This document shows positions 30,510 through 40,884 of a DNA stretch of 64,000 bases, one piece after another. Where the stretch lies: positions 96,001-160,000 of the IMG/VR virus record IMGVR_UViG_3300025141_016305; one strand, given 5' to 3'. Both the position numbers and the translations under genes were made by a program. This DNA comes from a virus. Numbering within the stretch: position 1 is the stretch's first letter; each line of letters begins with the position of its first letter. The notes under the pieces were generated by a model that was not told where the DNA came from, did not search any database, and saw nothing but the letters and a program-made list of their open reading frames with translations.

Positions 30510-31169
30510 TTATTTATTCCATTCCGGTAGGTGTTCTACTTCCTTAATAGGGTACCAATAAGTTGTCATTGCAATGCGGATCCCTTCTGATATTTCTTTT
30601 CCTCTATGTACATACGTAGAATCAAATAAAACGCAAGTTCCGGCATTTCCTGTCACTTCTACTATCTTATCATCTCCAAAATTGTTGCGAATATAAGAAT
30701 CTTCAAGTCGAAGATTGGAAAAAAACGGCAACTCTGAATTTCGGGCCTTGGACCCCCTCAAGAACATAAACGGACCGTTTTCTGATTTGACATTTGTGAG
30801 ATATATCATTGATTTAAATTGTGCCGGCTTTTGACTATCCAGATGCCAGCCTCCCCCGGAGTCTGAGGGACTATCTTGTGCAAACTTTACAACATTTGAC
30901 TGTACATTTTCTGGGAGGTGGCAATTCGAATATTGCTTTGCTATATCATATATAAATTTGTCATTTTTGAAATCAGACGCACATAAACTATATGGCTCTG
31001 ATGGGCGAAGTCTGAGGTCTCCTCCTTGACCTGAAGAGAATGCTTCCAGAGGGGCTTTGGAAAGTTCCTTTATAGCCATGTCGCATTTTTCTTTGTTCCA
31101 ATAATCTCGAAGTATGCATATGCCTTCTTTTCGAAGAATATTTAGAACTTCATGTATCATGTGGTTCAT
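30510..31169 (-). CDS. PhyH-family 2OG-Fe(II) dioxygenase
   Basis: GWHLD, IYLT.V..ENGPF, FDST.VHRG, R. Confidence 0.82.
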   Translation of the reverse strand: MNHMIHEVLNILRKEGICILRDYWNKEKCDMAIKELSKAPLEAFSSGQGGDLRLRPSEPYSLCASDFKNDKFIYDIAKQYSNCHLPENVQSNVVKFAQDSPSDSGGGWHLDSQKPAQFKSMIYLTNVKSENGPFMFLRGSKARNSELPFFSNLRLEDSYIRNNFGDDKIVEVTGNAGTCVLFDSTYVHRGKEISEGIRIAMTTYWYPIKEVEHLPEWNK

Positions 31170-31953
31170 TTATTTTTTTCCATTTCCATTTCCATCGATC
31201 TTCAATTTCTCTTAACTTTAGTGTTTTTTCAGAGTTGCTTAAAAGATGGTGCTTAATTGTATTTCCATAATTAGCACCATGGTGTTGGTGGTCCCAGGCT
31301 GCGCGGTCGCGATGAGACTCTCCAGAAGTAAAATAGTGACTTAACTTTCCATAATGTAATATTACTGGGTCTTTTTCTACATCTTCATAAGGTCTCGGGG
31401 TGTTGATAGGTTGATTTGACGGTCGTACTCTATGTTGAGTTATATCATACTTTAGAGTATGTCCGGGAATGTTTTTCACTAAAAAACCTTTCCTATAGGA
31501 CGTTCCTATTTCCCATGGGTCCCATCTTATAATTTGGCCATTATTTCCTACATAACTATCGACTCTGTAGTGGTTTTCGTCTCTCCATAAATGAATCCAT
31601 GGGAAAGTATACATATTGACATCGGGATCTAAGCCTCCATTTTTTATCCAATCTGCGAAATTAGCAGAAGGTATTTCGTCGGCATCTAAAAACAAAAAAT
31701 AATCCGGGTTATATTTGTAACAGCGATCTAATATTTCTTGTCTCTGCAGGCTGCCTTGCCTGTCTTTCCAGTCGTGTGGAGGTCTTTTGTATATTTCCAC
31801 GTTTGGATACTTTTTGCAAATCTCATATGTTTCATCATCACTTTGATCATCGCTAATCACTATTGCGTCACAAAATGTTGATAAAGCTTGTATTTGTTTA
31901 TCAGCTATATACGCGGCGTTTTTGGCTGGTATGCCTGCTACTATTTTAACCAT
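31150..31953 (-). CDS. GT2-family glycosyltransferase
   Basis: DDQSDDET, FLDADE, ILHYG. Confidence 0.8.
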   Translation of the reverse strand: MVKIVAGIPAKNAAYIADKQIQALSTFCDAIVISDDQSDDETYEICKKYPNVEIYKRPPHDWKDRQGSLQRQEILDRCYKYNPDYFLFLDADEIPSANFADWIKNGGLDPDVNMYTFPWIHLWRDENHYRVDSYVGNNGQIIRWDPWEIGTSYRKGFLVKNIPGHTLKYDITQHRVRPSNQPINTPRPYEDVEKDPVILHYGKLSHYFTSGESHRDRAAWDHQHHGANYGNTIKHHLLSNSEKTLKLREIEDRWKWKWKKINEPHDT

Positions 31954-32209
31954 TTATACTGCTCCAAATATTAGACACATAAAGACTTGGGTCTTCATCG
32001 ATTATCTCTTTCTTTACCGCTACAATTGTTGCAGCCCCGGGGCACAAACACTTTGGATGCACTATTCCTCTGGCTCCGGCATCAATAACAAAAGAAAAAA
32101 AGTTTTCAGGATACGCGTCGTGCATGTATTCTCCCACTTTTCGGTGATTGTATTTTTGAATTTTTGGAAATGCCCACGATACACTTTTTTCACTAAGGTC
32201 TATTCTCAT
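31946..32209 (-). CDS. Hypothetical protein, possibly a chimeric gene remnant
   Basis: 87-aa ORF overlapping both neighbours; VIDAGA resembles a SAM-binding motif I but the protein is too short for a full fold. Confidence 0.4.
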   Translation of the reverse strand: MRIDLSEKSVSWAFPKIQKYNHRKVGEYMHDAYPENFFSFVIDAGARGIVHPKCLCPGAATIVAVKKEIIDEDPSLYVSNIWSSING

Positions 32210-33285
32210 TTTATTTCTCCCTTGTTTATTGTATATCTAACTAGTCTAGTTAATGGCGTTTGTATTCCCTCCAAAACACACAAAGTATATACACTCGGAT
32301 CCTCAGAAAATGATACAACATGAGGAGGGCCCATGTGGGTTGCCATAGATGAAACACAACCACTTTCTCGACTTTCCTTCACGGATTCCGGGTCTTGAGA
32401 GAATATGCTCCCGGCCTCTTTCCAATGAACTCCATCTTTTGATGTCATTATTAGTGTCTTTTTATCAAAATATTTTCGCTGTGAGCCGTCTGGGGTTAGG
32501 ATTTCATTTCTAAAAAAATGAGAAAATGCAATGTACCCTTTTTTTGAAGAGAGAGGATATGCTCCCATAAAGTAAAGATTTTCATTTTCAAAATCAAAAC
32601 CAGGATCTTTTGTTATCAACTTTGGCACGGACCAAGAAATTAAATCTTTTGATTTGATATAAAACACATGGCGTACGCCCAAGGCCTCATTTGATCTCAA
32701 GTACGCTACATATTCTTGTATATTCTCGTCGTAAAAAATACTTGGCATATTATCTGATCCGATTATTCCAGATTCACATTTAGTTAAATTACTAAGAACT
32801 GGCTTGTCATGGTAAAGACTCCACTTAATTCCGTCTTCTGACTTGAAAACATAATAACCATTTGCATGATATGGGTGGTGAAAATCATCTCCAAAAATAA
32901 GACGCTCTTCCAAAGGCCAACATGGACTAGGAACATTAAAAAGTTTTGCTCCTTTACTTACTTGACAATCTCTCAAAAGAGGGTGGCTCGGGCCGGCGTG
33001 GTAGCCACCAATAGCTTTATATTTCTCTCCCGGGGGAGTTCTGGGATTTGTGTCAATAAATACTCTAAAGTTTTCTATTGCCAAAGAATTAACTAAAACA
33101 GTATTGTTTTCAGGCTTTATAAACACGTTGCTATTCTTTTTAGCGAAGCAAATAGCTGAAGGGTTGTCTAGTCTGTAGTAAATTTTATCTCCTGCAAGAT
33201 GTGAATACACCCCTGTCCAAGTCCCGTTTTTTTCCCGCGGCGTTTCTCTCAAATTAAGCATTGTTTCATGTCTTTGCATTTTCAT
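32206..33285 (-). CDS. Beta-propeller glycoside-hydrolase-like protein
   Basis: Three S-x-D-[G/L]-x-x-W motifs (SEDGIKW, SKDLISW, SKDGVHW). Confidence 0.6.
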   Translation of the reverse strand: MKMQRHETMLNLRETPREKNGTWTGVYSHLAGDKIYYRLDNPSAICFAKKNSNVFIKPENNTVLVNSLAIENFRVFIDTNPRTPPGEKYKAIGGYHAGPSHPLLRDCQVSKGAKLFNVPSPCWPLEERLIFGDDFHHPYHANGYYVFKSEDGIKWSLYHDKPVLSNLTKCESGIIGSDNMPSIFYDENIQEYVAYLRSNEALGVRHVFYIKSKDLISWSVPKLITKDPGFDFENENLYFMGAYPLSSKKGYIAFSHFFRNEILTPDGSQRKYFDKKTLIMTSKDGVHWKEAGSIFSQDPESVKESRESGCVSSMATHMGPPHVVSFSEDPSVYTLCVLEGIQTPLTRLVRYTINKGEIK

Positions 33286-33911
33286 GAATTTGGTTTTCCT
33301 TTAAAAGTGATATTTTTATCAGATTGCTGTATTAGGGAGAGTATTGTATTTTTTGCAAGATCTCCGCCGTGCGCGCTGGTTTGGTTCATTTTTCCATCTT
33401 CTGTATAAGTTCCATTTTTCCATAAGTAATGCAAACTGGACTTTGTTTCCTCTTTTGAAAAATAATAAACATCTTTCCCAGTTTGAAAAAAGTCAAACCC
33501 TATCAAAGAAATAGTATCATGATCTGGGCTATTTAAAAAATAATGAAATGCCATTACTCCTGTTGATGGCCAAAAGCCATATTGTTTTTCATAAAGTTGT
33601 TTGACATAAGCTCCATAATCTTCAAAATAAATTACTTGGTGATCTGGAAGAAAACACTTGTTTGGAGGCACAATATCTCTGCTTGTATTGAAAACTCTTT
33701 TTAGGCCTAAATTGTTAATAAACTCTTTACTATACGGGAACGGATCTCCTGCATTTAGAAAATGATAGGTTGCCCTGTTTGATATAAAATGCTGATATTT
33801 TTCCATTGGAGGAAAATTACAAATTGCAATTTCGTCAAACGAATCAACAAATTCTTTAGTGCTATACTTAACACTGGGTCCTTTTCCTATTATTGCAACT
33901 GATTTTTTCAT
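33282..33911 (-). CDS. GT29 sialyltransferase-like protein
   Basis: Sialylmotif-L-like VAIIGKGPS...VDSFDEIAICN and motif-S-like PSTGVMA...ISLIGFDFF. Confidence 0.72.
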   Translation of the reverse strand: MKKSVAIIGKGPSVKYSTKEFVDSFDEIAICNFPPMEKYQHFISNRATYHFLNAGDPFPYSKEFINNLGLKRVFNTSRDIVPPNKCFLPDHQVIYFEDYGAYVKQLYEKQYGFWPSTGVMAFHYFLNSPDHDTISLIGFDFFQTGKDVYYFSKEETKSSLHYLWKNGTYTEDGKMNQTSAHGGDLAKNTILSLIQQSDKNITFKGKPNS

Positions 33912-33913
33912 CT

Positions 33914-34687
33914 CTAACCCCTTAAGCTTAAGGGTATTCTTTTATCGTTTATGTCTAATTCTTCAATATCAAAATCGACATCAGTGTCAAAAGGGTATTT
34001 CTTGTTCTGTATTGCATCCTCTAACAAGTCTTTTTTTGCGCAGAATCTATACTGTGGGTGACTATAAGTATGCAATTTATGCACCATCTCTTCAGCAGAC
34101 ATGCACCAAGAAAAATGGCCTCCGACATATTCCTCTGTGTGTCTGGGAAAATCTCTCCAATTATTGGGATAGGCCGGGTTCATTAAGCCATAATATGTTG
34201 CAATTGGAGAAGTAAAATCCTTGTTTCTCCATAAATAATTTTTCTTATAAAAAAATTGCCTAAGCTTAAGCCCTATTACTCCGTACTTCTCCACTTGTTC
34301 TTTGATGTATTCAATTTTATCACCATAAATAATCTCATCAGCATCGATTGATATAACGATATCATTTGGAGAAAAATTATAAAGCTTAGTGAACCAACTT
34401 CTCATAACTGGTTCGTTGATATTGTGTATATCTGCCTCGTTATTATATGCTTCAACTGTATGGTCATGAATAGAACATTGGTGATATTCCAACTTATCTT
34501 GTAGTTCAATTGGGATATTGTCCTTAATATTTCCAAACTTAAAATCTCTTTTCATACCAGTATGATTGACATCAAATTCACAGACTATCATCTTCTCTAA
34601 AAAAGGATAACACTCTTGTAAATTTGCCCTTATAAAATCAATCTCATGAGGAGCATAACAATATGTCTTGAGGTATAATTTGCTCAA
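33914..34687 (-). CDS. GT17 (MGAT3-like) glycosyltransferase
   Basis: E...NHTG, ISIDADEI, GGHFSW...KL.TYSH pattern. Confidence 0.7.
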   Translation of the reverse strand: MSKLYLKTYCYAPHEIDFIRANLQECYPFLEKMIVCEFDVNHTGMKRDFKFGNIKDNIPIELQDKLEYHQCSIHDHTVEAYNNEADIHNINEPVMRSWFTKLYNFSPNDIVISIDADEIIYGDKIEYIKEQVEKYGVIGLKLRQFFYKKNYLWRNKDFTSPIATYYGLMNPAYPNNWRDFPRHTEEYVGGHFSWCMSAEEMVHKLHTYSHPQYRFCAKKDLLEDAIQNKKYPFDTDVDFDIEELDINDKRIPLSLRG

Positions 34688-35325
34688 CTTTGCACTCTCA
34701 ATCGCGAGGCACCTAAAATGTTTATTGGTGGAACTTCTTTGCTTAAATCATACACTTTTCCTTCGTATGAGTATATTTCGTCACCCATTTCAATATTAAT
34801 ATCATTTTCCCAATACAACTCCACAACAAAGCTAGATCTAAAAAAAGGATAAAGGCTGTTAAGCTCTGGTATATCTACCGTTTTATGAACTAAATTTCTT
34901 CTGGGTCTTACTATTATCTTTTCGTTTGAATCATCATAATAAACCCACCATTTATGACCATTAGGATCATGTATGTCGTCCCCAGAAACAAGATTATCTA
35001 TAAGAGGTGTTGGCACTTCAATGTAACCTCTATCTGAAATTCTGATCATTTCTTTTATAAAAGATATCGGATCTCTAACATGCTCCAAGATGTGACTTGC
35101 CCAGCAAAAATCAAATTGTTTGTCTTCAAAAGGGAGTGGAAGATTATTTAAATCGTGAATTATCAATTCCTTATCTTCTGGCTTTTGATCCCAATCATTT
35201 AAATCAACAAACGTTGAAGCATGTTCGCAGGACCCGTTTTCTCCACTACCTAAATCTACTACGTTCCATTCAGGGTTTTCTTGTAGGGTTTGTAAAATAT
35301 CAAACCTGTTACTTCTTTTAATCAT
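34684..35325 (-). CDS. Class I SAM-dependent methyltransferase
   Basis: VVDLGSG, LPFEDKQFDF..ASHILEHV.DP, GYIEVP; ATGA-coupled start. Confidence 0.88.
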   Translation of the reverse strand: MIKRSNRFDILQTLQENPEWNVVDLGSGENGSCEHASTFVDLNDWDQKPEDKELIIHDLNNLPLPFEDKQFDFCWASHILEHVRDPISFIKEMIRISDRGYIEVPTPLIDNLVSGDDIHDPNGHKWWVYYDDSNEKIIVRPRRNLVHKTVDIPELNSLYPFFRSSFVVELYWENDINIEMGDEIYSYEGKVYDLSKEVPPINILGASRLRVQS

Positions 35326-36038
35326 ACCAATCTCCATATTTCATAATCTTTATTTCCGCCGGCGGCGCGGAGGTCACACCAAAACTTATCGTTTTCCGAA
35401 ACTCGATAAGTAACCCAATCTTTTGAATGAATTATTTTTTTATATTTACCAATAAACCCAGCTGAAATACAGAAGGTCGATGGACTCGAAATTATATGAC
35501 TGCACTCAGTCATAATAGAAAAATCATGTGCATAGTTGAGTCTATTCCCTGTGTTTTTACCTATAAAAAAATCAAGATTATTTTTCCCTAAATAATCTTT
35601 TACTATCTTATAACTCTCCAGGCCTGGGTCGTCTGTAAAGAGGACAAAACTAGATACATCGTTTTTTACTATATCTATACTATCACAGTAATATTTACTT
35701 TTTAATATAGATTTAGGATTCCAATCTTTAAAGTCTGTACCTCTAAAATGGATCGCGCAGACATTATCTGATATTATTGGCTTCTCTTTTAGGTTGAAAA
35801 CTTCCCTTGTTGAAATTCCGGATTCTTCGAAGAATTTATCTCCGAGACAAAAATCAAAAACTTCAAACCCTTCCGCTGGTGGGGGATGACCAACAAGATC
35901 CCCTTCAAATAAATTATGGCCATGAAATGGAGTACAAAAATAATTCACACCTCTTTTGTGTGCTTCTTGCCTAAGATTGTAGTAGTATATAAGCCTATTT
36001 CCAAAGCCGCAACCAGGCATGTTCATTATTCCAAGCAT
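35322..36038 (-). CDS. GT11-like glycosyltransferase (second copy)
   Basis: GFGNR, AIHFRGTDF, YY..SI, FTDDP, DF..M.EC..II...STF; TAATG-coupled start. Confidence 0.75.
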   Translation of the reverse strand: MLGIMNMPGCGFGNRLIYYYNLRQEAHKRGVNYFCTPFHGHNLFEGDLVGHPPPAEGFEVFDFCLGDKFFEESGISTREVFNLKEKPIISDNVCAIHFRGTDFKDWNPKSILKSKYYCDSIDIVKNDVSSFVLFTDDPGLESYKIVKDYLGKNNLDFFIGKNTGNRLNYAHDFSIMTECSHIISSPSTFCISAGFIGKYKKIIHSKDWVTYRVSENDKFWCDLRAAGGNKDYEIWRLV

Positions 36039-36802
36039 TATTTGCTTTCTCTCACGCACAACGGTTGCCATCCCTTCTCAACCCAATACTGCACAACGCC
36101 GTCTCGAATGCCAGCGTGCGTATTCGTCTTGTAAGTGGCAAAGTCATCGTGACCTAAGTAGTTCTCTGCGTCACCCCACAAACTCCTGTCAGAGGCCGGC
36201 ATTCGCGGTACAAAGCAACCTATACCTTGATGTATCTGACAGGAAGCTGCGAAATGAATGTCTTCTCCATTATCCCAACTATAAGGCTTATCTTTCCATA
36301 TGTTTCTGGCCCACTCTGTTTTGAAAAACCAGCAGTGGCCCACGAAATCAACCTCTGTCTCTGTTTCCACTGGGGACCCATCTCCATGATTAAAACAGTG
36401 CGAATTTAATATTTCTTTTCCCTTTTCGAATGTTCGACCATTGGCGCCAACAATACAATTATTTCGCTTAGATGTATCAAGGCAGTTTTCTAACCATCGA
36501 GGACCGGGCATTGTATCATCATCAAATATTGCCACATATTCGGTATCACATAAGAGAGGCAAGGAAAATCTTCCATGAAATTTAAAGTTTATATCTCTAG
36601 ATTGAATGATTGAAATATTATAGTTTTTTTTATCTTCCTCTGATAATTCAATATTTAAGTGGGATTCATTTTGGTATATCCAAATTTGATAAGGTTTTTT
36701 TGTTTGGTTCAAGAGATAATTTATCTGTTTTACAAGATGGTTTCTTTTCCAGACTGTTAAAATAACTGTTATCTCATCTTTAAGTATATTTATGTTGCTC
36801 AT
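36038..36802 (-). CDS. GT-A fold glycosyltransferase (GT2/GT64-like)
   Basis: ITVILTVWKR, IFDDD, GEDIHF; ATGA-coupled start. Confidence 0.72.
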   Translation of the reverse strand: MSNINILKDEITVILTVWKRNHLVKQINYLLNQTKKPYQIWIYQNESHLNIELSEEDKKNYNISIIQSRDINFKFHGRFSLPLLCDTEYVAIFDDDTMPGPRWLENCLDTSKRNNCIVGANGRTFEKGKEILNSHCFNHGDGSPVETETEVDFVGHCWFFKTEWARNIWKDKPYSWDNGEDIHFAASCQIHQGIGCFVPRMPASDRSLWGDAENYLGHDDFATYKTNTHAGIRDGVVQYWVEKGWQPLCVRESK

Positions 36803-37746
36803 TTCCAGTAACAAGATCCTTCCACAATGTGTGTATTTTTTGGTGTTTCTTCTTCTGAAGGGAACACCCAATGTTCATTAAAAAATTTATTTATTATATC
36901 ATGCGGCAGCCACCTATTGCCTTTGATTCCAAACATGACTTGCAAACCCCCACCTAGGTGTATAGCTGATTTATTTTTATTCTTTATAAAGCTACAAAGA
37001 GGTAAAGAATAGGCCCCTGCTCCAATTAAAGCAACATCAAAATCAATATTTTCTATTTTTTTGCACATATCTTCTAGCGAGAGAAGCCAAGAATCTGCCG
37101 CGGGGGTCTGAAGGGCGGGGGACAATGGGCATTTTAAAAATTTTATATCAAAATCTGGATTTATATCCTTCTCTAAAATGTTCCAAACTTTTGCTTTATT
37201 TTTGTATTGTTTCCCCACTGTCTTTACGAAGGGGCTTATTATTAAAACCTTCTTAGATTCTAGTGCTCGGGTCCATGGCTGGCTGTGATAAAAAGGCTCT
37301 AAGGCCCTCGTTGCACACAAGTTACTCATAAAGGCCCACTCTTTTACAATATGATCCTCTTGAAACTGTGGGCTCCAAACACCCATTAAATCAATATCAA
37401 TCAAAGAACTAGAATATTTGTCGGCCCACTGATCTAAACCCGGGGAGTTTTCAGGAAAGACTCCTGCATTGTTATGCAAAGCTGAGGCCAAAGTAGACCA
37501 CCACATTGGCTTAAACCAGGAGGGTTTTTTTTTGCTTATAAGATACTCTTGCATTGCTGAACATTCGATTCCTCCAATTTTACCTGCGGCGAAAGGAATA
37601 TTCTGTGTAAGACAAGACCTAAGATAGTCATTACCCCATTTTTGCGAATGTACTAATTTGTTTGTGACGCCATAAATTTTGTTAGCCAGCGCAGAGTCTT
37701 CAGGTGTGTCAATTAGGTTATTTTGTTTTTGTTGCCCAATAGTCAT
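36799..37746 (-). CDS. Glycosylation-associated protein (possible GT-D-like fold)
   Basis: KKVLIISPF, FDVALIGAGAYSLPL, AIHLGGGLQVMFGI; located in the sugar island. Confidence 0.55.
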   Translation of the reverse strand: MTIGQQKQNNLIDTPEDSALANKIYGVTNKLVHSQKWGNDYLRSCLTQNIPFAAGKIGGIECSAMQEYLISKKKPSWFKPMWWSTLASALHNNAGVFPENSPGLDQWADKYSSSLIDIDLMGVWSPQFQEDHIVKEWAFMSNLCATRALEPFYHSQPWTRALESKKVLIISPFVKTVGKQYKNKAKVWNILEKDINPDFDIKFLKCPLSPALQTPAADSWLLSLEDMCKKIENIDFDVALIGAGAYSLPLCSFIKNKNKSAIHLGGGLQVMFGIKGNRWLPHDIINKFFNEHWVFPSEEETPKNTHIVEGSCYWK

Positions 37747-39130
37747 ATATTTTCTTTTCTATTTCATATTCTAAATCTTTTACGGGTCGTTCGGGCTGTT
37801 CATCTGCCCAATCGGCCATTTTTTCTATAACATTTCTTAAGTTTGTCTCATCGACAAAACTTAAATGCTTTTTGGCTTTGTCGTGATCACAATAAGCCAC
37901 ATGCACCTCTTCTCTTTTTGCCATATAAACCTTCTTAGGTTCGTGGCCGCGGGACTTCATAATTTCGATTAAAAGATCAGCGGCATCGTCGATCGTACAA
38001 TATTCATCTGAACCAATATTGTATGTTTGCCCGTTTGTTCTTTCATCTTTTATCAATTTTTCTAAAGGCTCCATACAAAAATTAATATCTGAAAATGCTC
38101 GGATTTGGCTTCCATCTCCAAACACTGTTATTGGTTCATTATTTAATACCTGTCTAATCCATATCCCTATAACATTTCTATACCTATCCCATATATTTTG
38201 ATATAACCCAACCACATTGTGAGGCCTAATAATAGAATAGTCTAACCCAAACATCTTATTGGCAATTGCCAAATCCATTTCAACAGCATATTTGGCTACG
38301 CCGTATGGATCATCTGGGTTTGGTATTTGACCCTCTTTGAAGGGCGGTTCTCCAAAACCATACACTGCCATGGAACTAGTGAATACTAGTTTTTTTACAC
38401 TATTATTAATACACGCATTAATGATGTTTGCAGAACACAACACATTGCTTGTATAATTATAGTTTCTTACAAACCTACTTAAGCCCTCGGATGCATATGC
38501 AGCAAAGTGATAAACAAAGTCAGGCCTTTCGCGAGCAAAGATCTCTTCTGTTAGTTTTCTATCTTCTAAATCTGTCTGGTAAAACTTTACACCCTCCGGA
38601 ACACTGGAGTGATACCCTCCACTCAGATTGTCTATCCCCACAACATCATAACCATTCTCTAATAAGTGTCTTGAAAAGTTTGCTCCAAAGAGACCCGCAA
38701 CACCAGTTATCAGTACTTTCAATCTTTCATCCTCATTTGTCTTTATTTTATTTAGTTCTGCTTTAAAATCATCATAGTCTCGAATATAGTCTTCTTTATC
38801 ATACTCTTCAGAACACAAACACAAGACAGTGGTGTTTTTCTTTTTTAAATTTAACACGGCCCATTCTAAGTTTTCATGTAAAAAACTTTGGCCCGGGTCT
38901 AGATTTATAAAATTTTTCCCCTCTTTATTTTCGACGGATATTTCAACTTGCCCAGAAAGGCACACCAATACCTGTTTGCATTTAAGGTGAGCATGCTTGC
39001 CTCTAACACAATTAGATTTTGAACCAGAAGTTATATAAAAAATTCTTTTTACTTCGAAAGGGGTGTGACTAAAGTCAAAAACACCCAGCATAGATTCATC
39101 TACGCGTTTGAAGATCTTTAAAATATCCAT
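37718..39130 (-). CDS. Fusion of FdtA/QdtA-type sugar 3,4-ketoisomerase cupin and NAD-dependent epimerase/dehydratase
   Basis: N-terminal PFEVKRIFYI, RGKHAH, YD..DYIRDY; C-terminal VLITGVAGLFG, TSSMAVYG, YGVAK. Confidence 0.88.
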   Translation of the reverse strand: MDILKIFKRVDESMLGVFDFSHTPFEVKRIFYITSGSKSNCVRGKHAHLKCKQVLVCLSGQVEISVENKEGKNFINLDPGQSFLHENLEWAVLNLKKKNTTVLCLCSEEYDKEDYIRDYDDFKAELNKIKTNEDERLKVLITGVAGLFGANFSRHLLENGYDVVGIDNLSGGYHSSVPEGVKFYQTDLEDRKLTEEIFARERPDFVYHFAAYASEGLSRFVRNYNYTSNVLCSANIINACINNSVKKLVFTSSMAVYGFGEPPFKEGQIPNPDDPYGVAKYAVEMDLAIANKMFGLDYSIIRPHNVVGLYQNIWDRYRNVIGIWIRQVLNNEPITVFGDGSQIRAFSDINFCMEPLEKLIKDERTNGQTYNIGSDEYCTIDDAADLLIEIMKSRGHEPKKVYMAKREEVHVAYCDHDKAKKHLSFVDETNLRNVIEKMADWADEQPERPVKDLEYEIEKKIYDYWATKTK

Positions 39131-40037
39131 GAGTTTTAACTAGTTTTATTACTCTCCCTAATTCTTTTTCTGTTAAGTTCTCGTGAAAAGGAATCGAAAT
39201 AGTTGTTTTCGATTCCTTTTCACTTTTCGGTAAAACCTTTTTTGCTTTGCAGTATATAGGTTTGTTGTGTAACGATTCATAATGAATTCCAATCTCTATT
39301 TGTTCTTTTTTCGCTTTTCTAATAAAGGTGTGTCTATCATTCACATTCAATCGATATAGGTGAAAACTATCATTATTGAGGCCGAACTCTGAATTGTATC
39401 TTTCTCTTATCTCTTCTAGCGATTGATATTTTTGCTTTAATTTATCAAAATTTTTATTTGCAATATACGCTTGAATTGCATTTAGATACATTTTAAATCC
39501 TGGCTTTATTATCTTTCTTTTCCAGCTTTTTTCGTCAAATATGCAACCATTCATAACCATCATTTTAAAAAAATCAATCTTCTCTTTATCGTTACTAACA
39601 ATTATACCGCCATCAAAACTTCCAATTGGCTTTGTCGGGTAAAAACTAAATATCATTAAATCTTGAGGCTCCGCTTCAATTAAAAACTGATTTTTTGTAA
39701 TTTTTTGTGCAGAATCTATTATCTTATATGCGCCGAAATCATGAAGAATATACGAGCCCCCAACCCACTCAATATCATCTCTAAAAGATATGTTATTCCC
39801 AGAAGTTTTTATGGCATTACAAACAACCGGAGGTAATATCGACGGGACTTCGACAGTTACATCTTTATTTAGCAATGCCATGAAAATGGCGTTTGTAGCA
39901 CTATTAAACCCACACGCATATTTAGCTCCGGTGAATTCAGCTATTCTTTTCTCGAACTTATCAACTATGTCGTCGTGCAGACCGGTCAATTTAGAAGTAT
40001 CGATTGTGTAATTGTTTATGTTAAAAAGATTAATCAT
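39096..40037 (-). CDS. DegT-family aminotransferase
   Basis: NSATNA, DSAQ, FSFYPTKPIGSFDGG, GIHY, TISIPFH. Confidence 0.85.
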   Translation of the reverse strand: MINLFNINNYTIDTSKLTGLHDDIVDKFEKRIAEFTGAKYACGFNSATNAIFMALLNKDVTVEVPSILPPVVCNAIKTSGNNISFRDDIEWVGGSYILHDFGAYKIIDSAQKITKNQFLIEAEPQDLMIFSFYPTKPIGSFDGGIIVSNDKEKIDFFKMMVMNGCIFDEKSWKRKIIKPGFKMYLNAIQAYIANKNFDKLKQKYQSLEEIRERYNSEFGLNNDSFHLYRLNVNDRHTFIRKAKKEQIEIGIHYESLHNKPIYCKAKKVLPKSEKESKTTISIPFHENLTEKELGRVIKLVKTHGYFKDLQTRR

Positions 40038-40044
40038 ATATGTT

Positions 40045-40884
40045 TTATAACTGAAAAGACTCAGTTATTGCCTTTGGATGAAGCCCTATGAATTTTCTAG
40101 TTCGACATGGGCCGCGGTGTTCTGGTTTCCATTCGTGCACTCCATGGTATTTATTTTCTAAGAGGTATCTCTCGACCCTTCCGCCATTTACCCATGGAAC
40201 AAAAACCTTTTCGTAATAATCAGGAATACATTTAAACCTGCTAACTTTTGCTTCATAATACTCTGCCTTGTTTTTGACTTGTCTATCAAAGACGTAGGAA
40301 TAATGATACATCATTACGCCTGTCATATTATAAAATGAATCACTATTAATGTGTTTAAGATCATGTTTCGATGAATACTTCATTGTCGGAGGGCGATGTG
40401 TCAGCCAAGTACAGCCTTTTTCATATTTAAAAATTCTTATAAAATTATCAACATTTTGTTCAAACCCAGTAAGATAATCCTCAAAACCACCATAAAAAGT
40501 ACAACTTTGAACCCCAACGCTAGTTGGTTGATGTTCTTTTAAAAAATTTATTGTTTTTAATATATCTTCCGTTTTATATACTTCGTCGCTATCAACCATC
40601 CAAAGATAGTCTGTATCTTCCTTCAAAAGAGACATATACGCATTACACTGATCGTCTTTTTCGTCATATTGGCCATGGACGACAAAAATTTTATTATCAG
40701 GATCAGGGAAACTATCTAATATTTCATTAGTTTTGTCTGAAGATGTGTTTCTTCCTTTACTTTGCCAAAACTTTACCGGACCTTCGGCAATAACTATTTG
40801 ATGCGCATGAGGGTATATTTGTTCTAAACACTCTTTTAGAACATAGTCTCCTTCAAATACAATCATTCCAAATGATATTTTCAT
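40045..40884 (-). CDS. GT2-like glycosyltransferase
   Basis: S.DKT, VDSDEVY, YHYSYV. Confidence 0.7.
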   Translation of the reverse strand: MKISFGMIVFEGDYVLKECLEQIYPHAHQIVIAEGPVKFWQSKGRNTSSDKTNEILDSFPDPDNKIFVVHGQYDEKDDQCNAYMSLLKEDTDYLWMVDSDEVYKTEDILKTINFLKEHQPTSVGVQSCTFYGGFEDYLTGFEQNVDNFIRIFKYEKGCTWLTHRPPTMKYSSKHDLKHINSDSFYNMTGVMMYHYSYVFDRQVKNKAEYYEAKVSRFKCIPDYYEKVFVPWVNGGRVERYLLENKYHGVHEWKPEHRGPCRTRKFIGLHPKAITESFQL

